This document shows positions 12,246-22,325 of a stretch of 64,000 nucleotides of DNA, one piece after another (position 1 is the first letter of the stretch; the number at the start of each line of letters is the position of its first letter). The DNA is taken from positions 1 through 64,000 of the forward strand of contig JAVECL010000008.1 in the NCBI GenBank assembly GCA_051942245.1, read 5' to 3'. The stretch comes from Trypethelium eluteriae. Lineage: Eukaryota. The notes beneath the pieces were generated by a model. The model was not told the origin of the DNA and ran no database searches. It saw only the letters and a list, made by a program, of their open reading frames with translations. Made by a program: the position numbers and the translations under genes.

Positions 12246-13147
12246 ATGAACGAACAAGCCTCATCTTTGCCTTTACCTCCGGAATTGGTGACTAGAATTT
12301 TTCAAGCATTGCCATGCTTCTTGGACGTATTTAATTTTGCGAGCACAGCCCGTCGATTCAGAATCATCTGGTGTGAGAATGCACCTTCGATCTACGAAAG
12401 GGTTGTTCGGAGAAGTATCCCGTGCCATCGCCATGCGCGTCGTCTTCTTGCCGACCAAGGAGGCCCTCCGGTCGATTCTGCGACATTATCCATGCCAGAA
12501 ATCCTCAAACTGGCGCACAATGCAGCACTTGTAGACAAGGCGATTTCGAGATTCGAAAGGGATGTCGTTCGCTATGTGCGTTGTACGTTCTCAGCACTGT
12601 TCACAGGCTGGTGCCTCACGCTAACGACCGGGTTATAATCTTAGTCCCTTATCCCGCGGAGCAATTCTACGGACCTACATCAAACCACCATCCTCCCACT
12701 TTAACGCAGACTGAGCGACCACGGTTCATACGGTCATACTATCAGCTATGGAGCTTGAAAAAGCTTTGCGCCGCCGAACAGGAGTCGAGGCTCAAGGCCA
12801 TGATACTCAAGCGGTTATACCAGCTATTTGAGATGTCCATGCTCGACCAGAACATCGGCTGCGAAGAGGAGGAAGACATAACGTTGAGATGGGAACAGCG
12901 GCTCACTCTGCAGTTCAAAGTCAATGGACAGATGGACCGGATTTCTGGACATCTCCGACGTTGCCCGGCGCCGCGTGTTGACCACTATGGGGCAACAGAG
13001 GGATCTTCAACCTTTGTGAGCATGTGGGATCATTGGCAGCCGAGCTTATTCGAGGTCGTTTGCTGCCGGAAACCAACGTGGAGATGTCTGGACTCAGAAT
13101 TGGAGAGACTTGTGCTGTGGGACAACAGCTCCGATGAAGATACCTAG
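12246..13147 (+). CDS. F-box-like protein; 2 exons
   Basis: LPPELVTRIFQAL...DVFNFASTARRF N-terminus. Intron 12583-12644 (GTACGT..GCTAAC..TAG) joins the two ORF frames. Confidence 0.7.
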
Positions 13148-13176
13148 AAGCTGAATGAAGCCCTTGGAAAGGAGAG

Positions 13177-13950
13177 GTGTCACGAAGTTACTACGAAGCA
13201 GAAGAGTGGGCTAAATTTGGTACGATGGACATTCATACAAGGAGCGATCGTCTCTGGTGGTCTCCTAATATACGTTACGCGAGAAACAATGATGTGATAT
13301 CATCTGAAGATGACGAAAAGCGGACCTTGGAAGCTTGGCTAACGATATATGCTGCGCTGAAGTGTTCTGAAGAAAATTTAGACGACGTCCTTATATGCCA
13401 GAACATCGCAAGCTATGTCGATAGCAAAGTCGCCGAAACGGCCCTAAACACTAGGCTCCGAAACGCAAAAAAAGAAATGGTACAGGCGAATGATGCGCTG
13501 CGCTGGAAGAATACAGAAGAGCTCAATGCTTCTAAAAGTCTACGCAAGTCGGCAACGTTCCGCGTCCATGCACCAAGCTCAACGCCACGGTGTAACAAAA
13601 GCGATAGCCGCACTCGTAAAGCTTTGTTGGCATCCGTTTCCTATAAGACAAACAACACGGCATCGATTCTACACGCCTTGCCTGGTAAAAGTATCGAGCA
13701 GTATGATCCTAGCAATGTAAAAACTGCGTTAGATATGGCAACCCACGGCTCTCTTCCGAACTCCTTTGAGCCCGTGATCGACGCTTTGCCCCGCTCACAT
13801 TATGAAGGACGGCAGCTTTTTTTCAAGATGTCATGTTGTAACGGTATCTCGGCATCAAATGCTGCCCAAAGACTTCAGGAAAGGTTCCCCATACATCGTG
13901 GTGATCTGTTGTGGTTTCTTGATCAATTTCTTCTAGAGTTCTGGCCTTAG
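13177..13950 (+). CDS. Hypothetical protein (257-aa ORF)
   Basis: ORF length only; no recognised motif. Confidence 0.3.
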   Translation: MSRSYYEAEEWAKFGTMDIHTRSDRLWWSPNIRYARNNDVISSEDDEKRTLEAWLTIYAALKCSEENLDDVLICQNIASYVDSKVAETALNTRLRNAKKEMVQANDALRWKNTEELNASKSLRKSATFRVHAPSSTPRCNKSDSRTRKALLASVSYKTNNTASILHALPGKSIEQYDPSNVKTALDMATHGSLPNSFEPVIDALPRSHYEGRQLFFKMSCCNGISASNAAQRLQERFPIHRGDLLWFLDQFLLEFWP

Positions 13951-15176
13951 GGTGGCTCCATCATTTGCGCAGACCCTTCGATCTTCCCTGTTTTAGACTC
14001 CGTCTGGTTTAAGTTGTTAAATTTTTGCGATTTTTCCCAATTCCGTCTTCATCCCTTTGCAGAATATCTTGATATAATAGCCAAGCGCGCAAGTCAAGGC
14101 ACCTGCACTACGATGCAGGCTGTAGTGTCTCTACATGCAGACTTGAAGATATTACGCGCATCTGTAACCAAGGAGTCTTTCGTGAAGTACACGGATACAG
14201 TCTCAAAACAACAGAGACGATATACAAATTTCATAGTTGGCACTGCTTGCGCCGGGGGTCTTCATTTTGCCTAATTGATTGATGGGTCAAAACAAACATT
14301 AGAGGATAGACTTCTTAGATCTTCTAAGAATACCGAGTTATCACGTGCTGCTCCTAGAAAATCATATCATGCGATCAGGAGGCTGTAGGCGTGGTATATC
14401 AATTGGTCTGCTTTAGCGGTATCGGTGGAGGGTGAAGTGAGACACTCAGAGTTATAGCGACAATGCTAGTGGACAAACTTGTAGTTTTTAGACATATGAC
14501 ATATGACAACAGTGAGAAGGTACATTGGTTTATTTCAAATGATGCGTACAAGTCAAGCTAGAAAGCAAGCGTTCATACAATACTTCTGCATGTCTCTATC
14601 AAGTTTTCAACATTTCAATGACTCACAGCATACTTTAGGCACTCTGCCCAATGCTTTCCCAGATTAACGATCTCATTCCTATCCTCGATTTTTGAAGCCT
14701 TCACAAAATCAATTCGTACTGCTGAGATTTTCGTCGCAATTTCTCAAGGTCTAATATCGGGGTCTTGCAAGTTTTAAGCAATTCAAAGTTGCGGCAAACT
14801 ACACGCAGTGGCTCTGGAGCACTAAATACGGAACAAATTGACAGATTTCCACGTCAACGAAATGAGAGATCTATTCTTTGTTCTGAGAATGTTATGAGAG
14901 CGCTTGGATTTTTTTGGACTCGACGGTCAATCCATGAGTTAGCTGCGTTGATATAGACAAAAAGAGCCGCCATCAATAGAGAGGTATTGAATATTATACC
15001 TTAAACCCAGAGTCGAGCGCGAGTATTTGTTTGTAGACTGATGATAGATACAAAAAATAAAAACCGAGTGTCAGAAAAAGTTGTGGGCAATGTAATTGAG
15101 GGAGGGTTAAGGCTTAGTGCTTGGAATCAGTTATTACATTATATAATATTTTCTAAATGGTTCGCCATTTAAGTTG

Positions 15177-15302
15177 TCCGAGTTGGTCTAGTGGTCATGA
15201 GTGAGCGCTTCCAACACCCTAATGTATTCATCGCTAATTCGTATAGTTTCCGCTTGTCATTGTCAAGCGCGGGAGACCGGGGTTCGATTCCCCGACTCGG
15301 AG
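15177..15302 (+). tRNA. tRNA-Asp(GTC) with a 46-nt spliceosomal-type intron (15201-15246) and an 8-nt canonical-position intron (15260-15267)
   Basis: Acceptor TCCGAGT/ACTCGGA plus G73. T-arm CGGGG-TTCGATT-CCCCG. Anticodon stem TCCGC/GCGGG with GTC at 15256-15258. The D-stem closes only after 15201-15246 is removed. Confidence 0.9.
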
Positions 15303-15303
15303 G

Positions 15304-15313
15304 TTTTTTTTTT
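15304..15313 (+). terminator. RNA polymerase III oligo(T) terminator of tRNA-Asp
   Basis: T10 run starts 2 nt after the discriminator base. Confidence 0.8.
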
Positions 15314-15594
15314 CTTATTCTTATTTTTACTGCCGCTGTGGTAGGTCGAGTTTAGCTGCGGGGTAAAAGGGGCATTATTTCAGTTTTTACCCAACTGCAG
15401 CAAAAAACACCGAACTATCCTGGTATAACTTTGGACAATTATCAACACACTTAACAATCCAACGCCGTACATGTGTATCTTTCCAGACTCCTTCCACTCT
15501 GCACCAAAGAAGCATCGGTCCAGAGTTAAGTAAAAAAGAAAAATTCTTTCTCTACTTTTACAGAGGGAGGGAAAAGCAAAAAGAAATGGTTGTG

Positions 15595-15778
15595 TAGTCA
15601 CTACGAGGATCGAACTCGCGACCTTCTATAGAATTAGGAGTGCGTTTTTAAGGGATAGTTTGGGAGGAGAATCACCTTGGCGTCACAGTTATTATTAGCA
15701 CCACCTATAAGATGTTAGATTTGCCTAAAGAAAAGATCTCCTGGTACTTACGCTCTAAACCAGCTGAGCTAAGCGACT
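15595..15778 (-). tRNA. tRNA-Ile(AAT) with two spliceosomal-type introns (15705-15751; 15623-15675) and a 9-nt canonical-position intron (15684-15692)
   Basis: Spliced sequence AGTCGCT TA GCTC AGCTGGTTTA GAGC G TGGTG CT AAT AA CGCCA AGGTC GCGAG TTCGATC CTCGT AGTGACT A folds as a standard cloverleaf. A T5 run lies downstream. Confidence 0.88.
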
Positions 15779-17039
15779 GTTGATTCTCTGCAATGGTTTC
15801 ATAAAACACTCTATAGTAAAAATATCTCTCCTCTTTAAGCCTCTTCGCTATCGGGTCAATATTACCAGTTGGAAAACCCCCCCCCCGCCACATTGTACTA
15901 TCAGGCAGTGATATACCTTCACAGTTTGAATTTAGGTGCGGAGTAATAAGGACTGTGTTTTACTTTCTACATAACTCTTATAAAAGATTTACAGCCCCTT
16001 ATTATATAAATCAGGAAATATTTTCTTGAAAGAGTATATTCTTTAGCCGATTTACCAGAACACAGATTACCAGCAAAGGACTTAAAGTCGCGGATAATAA
16101 GGCCGAAAACGGTAGCTGATTCACCGGAACATTGGAGCAGTTGATCAAGTAATAAGGACGCACTTATCTAAAATTTGGTGTCAACAGCATTCTTGTAACT
16201 TATTCATGGTAAATCCAGCTTATTTGATAGAAATAGATAGTAACATCATATGAACGAAGGCTCGACAAGAAATTACGCTTTTAACAGGGAGGTCTAGATA
16301 ACTGTGTCCTTATTCCCTGTTGGGGCACCCCTCCACCGTAAGGTCCCTTGTGTACCGTAGACATGTGACCTGAATCTAATGAATTTTTGGTTGTTTAGGT
16401 AACGTTGTTTCTCTAGGATCGTGAGCAGCTAGTCGTAAAATTTGCGTCGAAGTCGGGCTGGAATGGGTGTATCCAAGGAATACGCCATAATTGCAAGATC
16501 AACAAAAAGACATTCTGGCAGCTTACCTTCGGGTTTTCAATAGACAATCAACGCGGGATAGGAGCCTCGCGATCTCGTTACCAGTCTTGAAGAACAGAAA
16601 TAATGGGTGTTCGCTCAACACCCACCAGAAAACAAATAAAGCCAAAAATCTCTTCTTCCAATCAGAGAAAACATACTCCACAAAACCAAATAGAAAAACT
16701 TCCAATCTCGCTCCATTATATAGGAGTCGTGCATAAGCTACATTATGTGTGCATAACTGCAGGTACAGTATCTCTGGGCCAATTAGCACCGGTTCAGAGA
16801 CCGGGTACACACTATGCTTGCGTGGCATTCCACAATGTCGAACCATACAGCAGTCAATCAGCTTACTCGACGAATCCAAGTCTGCGAGATTCAGCGCAGT
16901 CATGTGCTTTTACGAAGTTGTTGCCTCAGAAAGTTGGTGTTTTGGTAAATCTGCTACCAATTTCGGCCCAACTAGCTGCTGCTTTATGTGCCTCCGCATG
17001 TAGAGTCCAAGTACAGAGCAATGGACACCTTGTTCCATC

Positions 17040-17160
17040 CAGCGTTGTAAGAAATAGTAAAGTAGTAATTACTATTAATAAATAGCAAATTGTAGTAATT
17101 ATCAAATAGTATTACTATTTACTATTACTATTACTTAGTAAAATAGTAATTACTTAGTAA
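17040..17160 (+). mobile_element. Internally deleted, right-TIR-less copy of the hAT-type MITE at 49584-49999
   Basis: Starts CAGCGTTGTAAGAAATAGTAAA and ends TTACTTAGTAAAATAGTAATTACTTAGTAA, matching both ends of the full copy apart from its right TIR. Confidence 0.75.
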
Positions 17161-17221
17161 GGTAGGTACCTACCTCTCATTTCGCCTAGTTGCACGTGCA
17201 GCTAGCTCGCGCACTAGCTTT

Positions 17222-19624
17222 TTAGTTACCTAGAAGATTTGTTTGTATCGAGCCTAACTTTCGCATTCGTCTCTTAACATCTTGATTAGAGACATTGAGA
17301 TAGTTGTTCAACTCATTTTCCTTAACGACTAACGTATCATCTTGTATATATTCCAAGAGCGCGCGGAAATTGTTGGCACAAGCGCTTTGAGATTGGAGTT
17401 CTTGTTGCAACAGACGTGAGTTGGTGTTCACTTTTGACAGAAGGTTTAAACTGACAGAGTCTTTCACCTTTGCTCTCGGCGTACCTAACTCGTCGTGCTC
17501 AATCGTGAAAAGGGTATCAGAAGAGATGTGATGCCAATAACGATCGCTAGCCATGCGTTTGCTTGCGAATCCCTTCACGTAACTCCAAAAACCATGTTGT
17601 GAACACCAGATACACGCATCCGAGGGCCCAAATGTCACATTGGGGACCAATTTCAATATCGCACTCTGGCGAACGATATGTAGCCGAATTAGGGACTATG
17701 CCGCGTTTTCACTCCGACTTGATACTGTCAATGGTAAACTGGGCGATGCCGAAGTCGGTAATTTTTAAAGTACCGTATCTACCGTTCAGCAATCGATCGC
17801 AAAACCAGAGAATGTTCTTGGGCTTGATGTCTCCATGACGGTCATATAATCTTATCGATGCGGATGGAGTTTGTATCGTGTTCGAGTTTTCCTTTGCGAG
17901 CGAGCTTTCATAGGACATGGTAGTACTCGATATACCTTGGAGGCCGAGGGGGTTAGTGGATGCGAGATCCTGACACTCAGGAGGCTGAATTCGATGCGTA
18001 GCTATTGATAAAATAAAAGTCAATGTAACTAGTAGTCTCTGAACCTTAGTTGGTACTGTGAAACTATTAGGAATACTTAATAGTCAGGAGTTAGTTGTTC
18101 TTATTATTGTTAAAGCATCATAAGAGCATTGTTAGAGCGTTGTGAGACTGCTGTTTGCCTAAGGTTTTGGCTAATTTGGCCAATATCTTGACCTTGAATT
18201 TGTAAAGGCCTGCGGGAAGCTGCTGCAGCTGCGCACACACACACACACACATAGACACGTAAGGTATCCACAGCATTACAGGGGTAGGCCTGCGGCACTG
18301 ATCCTAGTGATGGACGTGATCTAGTCCTTCGGCTACCGGCAAGTCCTTGACATTGATCGATCAGCCATGTCGCCATGCTCGGCTCAAGTCTGGTCTCTTC
18401 CCAAAATTGTTCGAGGTCTGCATCAGCCCATGAAAGAGCTGCTTCCCAGGAAGGAAGGAGCTCTCAGAACTAAGACAGCTTTTGAGAAAGAGTCAATGAT
18501 TTTAAGAAATCGTAGCCGCGAAGGACACACGCACGAGCACCTCATAACCCTTTTGGGGACGTACGAACAGAGCCTTTTCAAAATTATGGTGGTCGGGGTG
18601 GAGCTTGGTCTCATACACCTGGCCAAAACCACCTCTCTCTAGCGGCTTCCAAGTGAAGGGCAGGATTTGGTGCGGATGCAGTTCAAGATGCGGATTAACT
18701 TCTTCCCTGGCGTTTTCAAATACAGGAGCGAGAACAATCCATTGATGCTCTAGGAAGTGCTTTATAGCGCCGCTCTCCCAACTCTTGAAAGACCGCAGCG
18801 GTAGATTGAGGCTCTTTTTCGACCTCAGATCCAAGCGGGCCCCTCGATTTTTATTTGTCAGTACTTCTTCGAATGGAAGGTCAACATCGCAGATACCTTC
18901 GTCATGGAATGACCAAATTTTATCTGGTCGTCCAATGAACACCAAGATCGCAAAGATCTTGCAGTATGTTTTTTCCTCCGCGAGTTTCGAGAAAAGCTGA
19001 GAGTCGGATCTTGAACGGCTGTAGATGCAATTGCGCCGATGCTTGTGTTCTTCAATGGGAATGCTGATTGGTCCCTTCTGCGACCGAGATCCCCTCGGAG
19101 GAAAGTATTCTCGTCTGGCGAGTTCTTTTATCAACTGAGCTTTGGGTGAAGAAACTTTGATGTTGTAAATTGGGTGGTGAAAGCTTGTAGATTAAGCTAT
19201 GGAGGCGAGGTTATCTACATACGTAGCCAATTCACGAACCCCACTCCTATTAACGTGATAGGATTGCCAATTTCCTAATAAGATTGCCTTCTCACACATC
19301 ACATGCAACATCAAACTTCCGATGTTCAAGGTATGATGGCTCCATGGCTGCTTTGAGTTGGTCTTCTAGCCGATTAAAAACGATACTTCGCGAATCTAAC
19401 CAGAAACGACTTGGTCGAAGTTCTTGCCTCAATCTTTTCCCCAAGTTAGTCACTTGACTGATATCCGAGCTGGAATCCGAATAACGTAACTGAATCAGAC
19501 TATCAATTGTACGAGATCTTCGAGGGAACCCCTGAATGGGTCTATTATGTGACACAAGTGGTTCATAAGTCCCGGGAGACCCAGTAGAGGTGGCTGAAGG
19601 GATGGAGGCTGAAGGTATAGTCAC
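17222..19624 (-). pseudogene. Protein kinase pseudogene, paralogous to the kinase part of the kinase-HET gene
   Basis: KIFAILVFI..QWIVLAPVF N-domain, GGFGQV, WADADL, HGDIKPKNILWF, DFG, TYRSPE and DIWALGCVYL are spread over several frames. It has stops, an insertion near 17930-18330 and an internal inversion. Confidence 0.85.
18234..18251 (+). repeat. (CA)9 microsatellite
   Basis: Direct reading; lies inside the insertion in the kinase pseudogene. Confidence 0.9.
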
Positions 19625-20602
19625 AATGTTAGACGATGGCTCTAATACAAGTCAGTCATTGAGTACTGCATTCGTGGGCAGATGGAACAGATGCCATTCT
19701 CCTCGTACAGCTTACCTTCTAAAACATCCCAATCCGAGAGACTTTTGTCGCGACGGGGGTGTCATTCCTATGACTGGCCGCTTTTAGGCGAGCTTGTTCG
19801 CTTGTTGCCTCCGGGGCGAGTAGTTGTCGCGGACGATGCCGGGTATCACTCACATCGGCGATGCTATCCAATTCTTTCAATGGTAGAACTGCTACCATGA
19901 TGCGTTTTCATTCGAAAATAAAGGATACCGTGCACTAGGACCAGGTCGACGCGATAACCCAGCCATCAGATTTGATGTTCGCGATCTATGCTTCGCCGAA
20001 TGAGCAAAACCCTTACATGATATGGCTATGTAACTGGAGGAAGAGTATGGGCGCAGGGCTGAAGCATCTCTATACATAGCAATCGCATTCGGCAGAACCT
20101 ATTTTTACCTTATTGATGGCCTCCAAACATGTCGGGTCACCTGGACAAGGTGGAGGGCATACCAATGGACATCACTATATGAAACAGGCGTCAATTCATT
20201 TGAAAAGTCCTCAGGAATAAGCGAACGAACTCCTGATGTGCTATAGACTTACGAATTGCACAGTCCAGCCCTCATCGGTGTCTTTAACGTCACAGGATCG
20301 ACACACTACGTAGCTAGTAAATGCGCCACAAATCGCTTATCGAAACCAAATTTCGGCTATTTTAGATACCGGTAGGCCGGCTCGGGCAAGCATTCAGTCA
20401 GTTGTGGTTGTGACTTGACTGAAAGGGAGATGAGCTCGCTGCATAGACCGGATTTGGCACTCAGGCTGAGGGGGCTGTGACAGCTTCGCAGACACTTAAG
20501 AAGGTCCGCTTTGGAGACAGTCGTTCGAAGGTAGCATTCTTGGCTACTTCCTATCACTAGCCCCGATCGTCTCATTTTATCATTAATCGATCTTGCTTTA
20601 AG

Positions 20603-20903
20603 ATGGCCGAGTCAATCAGAGAAGGTCATCTCGAACTTCAGAGCATTTGCGGCGGAAATATTGACCCAGTCAAGTTGATGAACAAGCTAGAATTGATATT
20701 TCACTCTCAATTCAAAGTCATTGTGGGACACGCAGGAGGCAGCATAATGTTGGCGCTCGCTGATTTGATGGCTACAGATCATGCATAATGTCTATGGAAT
20801 CCGAGCTCCTCGACTTCTTTCTGCTGTAGGACTCCGTATCTGTATGGCTCTTAGTCATAGGAACTAATAAGTTCTGTAGAAAGAAATTGAGGACTGTAGA
20901 TAG
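20603..20903 (+). CDS. 63-aa micro-protein; 3 exons
   Basis: Exons 20603-20722, 20778-20825 and 20880-20903, with phase-0 introns GTGGGA..GCTGAT..CAG and GTAGGA..ACTAAT..TAG. Product MAESIREGHLELQSICGGNIDPVKLMNKLELIFHSQFKVIIMHNVYGIRAPRLLSAKEIEDCR. Confidence 0.7.
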
Positions 20904-21366
20904 CAAGCGTACCTTCTGGTTGGAGTATCACGGATGTTAGGGGGAAGGAGCTAGGAAAGCACGTGAGATACACCTACTTATTTGTCTTCACTTCCTACCT
21001 GTACATAGCTTCTTCGGACATCAGAGACACAATCAATTGACACTACTTTTGTTCTACCGTAAGACACCCTCTCACAACGGAGCAGTATGTGAGGCCGGTA
21101 CATGAGAGCTTTTTTTTGGGGATAAAGGGGTCGTCTGGTTGGTGTCAAAATTGAGTTGATTGATAAGTGTAGGCAATCATGATGCCGAAAACTTTTCAAG
21201 TGTAGAGAGGCAACTAGATAGAATGTTAAGCATGGGCGTTTAGAGCTAACAAGACCTTGGCATAGCATCATCGCAAGCGCGTTTCGTTCCTCTCTTTTCA
21301 CACTGCGGAATCTCGCCAGCTGATCCCGGTTTACATCTTCGCCGTACACCAATTGCGCCATCTCTC

Positions 21367-21643
21367 AAGCCATGAAGGTCAGTGCTCGAGGCAGAGATGG
21401 CCCTATACTTGCTTCTTTCTAGCTGAAGTCTAGAGTAGCTGAAGTCCGGCTGAAATCCGGCTGAAATCCGGCTGACGCCATAAATCGCCCAGAAACGCCC
21501 AATTGTGCGACCCTACTGAAGCCATGAAGGTCAGTATTCTAGGCAGAGATGCCCCCATACTTGCTTCTTTCTAGATCAAAGTCCGGCTGAAGTCCAGCTG
21601 ACGTGATACATCGCCCAGAAACGTCCTGTTGCGCGACCTTACT
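21367..21643 (+). repeat. Diverged tandem duplication (152 bp + ~125 bp) with internal 10-bp GCTGAARTCC repeats
   Basis: Both units start AAGCCATGAAGGTCAGT and share ATACTTGCTTCTTT and ATCGCCCAGAAACG. Confidence 0.85.
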
Positions 21644-22325
21644 TAATGCATTACCTGCTTAGGCTGCCGCGGTGATTGGTATCGAACTGCGGCAGCAGCT
21701 ACATCAGGGCGAAAAACTCTGTTGTTCTACATAGCTACAGCTGACTATTTAATGACCTCGGAAATTAAGGAGATGAAGTCTCTGAGGTGGTCGATACCAA
21801 TTCGGGCAGGGATCTACACCACCAAGGACCTAGAAACATCACCTAGTAGAAAAGGACAAAAGGTGAGTTTTCAGGTTCGACAATTGGCCTTTCATTCAAC
21901 TTATGGAGATGATGGCTAGCCAAAGCCTGGCGCTACAAGCACTGCCACATTCAAAAAGTACAGTCTCGTTTCTCTGGAAACCGATTAGAAAAATAGAGAC
22001 ACCTAATATACGGTAACAGCGAGCCTCGTTATGTGCTTGATAAGCTTGAGCATTGGCATGTCTGTGGCCTGGTCATTTCAGCTGTTTTCGTACAGGTCGA
22101 TGCAATATCCATAAAAACCGTAAGCCGACGTACAGTATAGCAGCTCACTGGTAAAAGGTTCCTCCATATAAAATGGCTATTTCGAGCCTTGTACAAGTAT
22201 GAGCTAGGAGCAAGATTGCTTTCACGTATTTTAATTGCTTTACCACCCTTATTTTCGAGCTACCAACGTCGTTTGCGCCTTTTGGATATTCACAAGCCTC
22301 TCCGCGGATTATCGACTCCAGGAAG

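Noticed and set aside
15201..15275. Reading the first tRNA as tRNA-Gly(TCC) with one long canonical intron
   Set aside because: The GAGCG/CGCGG anticodon stem has two mismatches and the D-stem is worse. The Asp model pairs throughout and matches Asp identity (GTC, G73).
15380..15893. Short ORFs overlapping the tRNA genes as the host mRNA for the introns
   Set aside because: They are not protein-like, and the introns on opposite strands each restore a tRNA exactly. A non-coding host transcript is not excluded.
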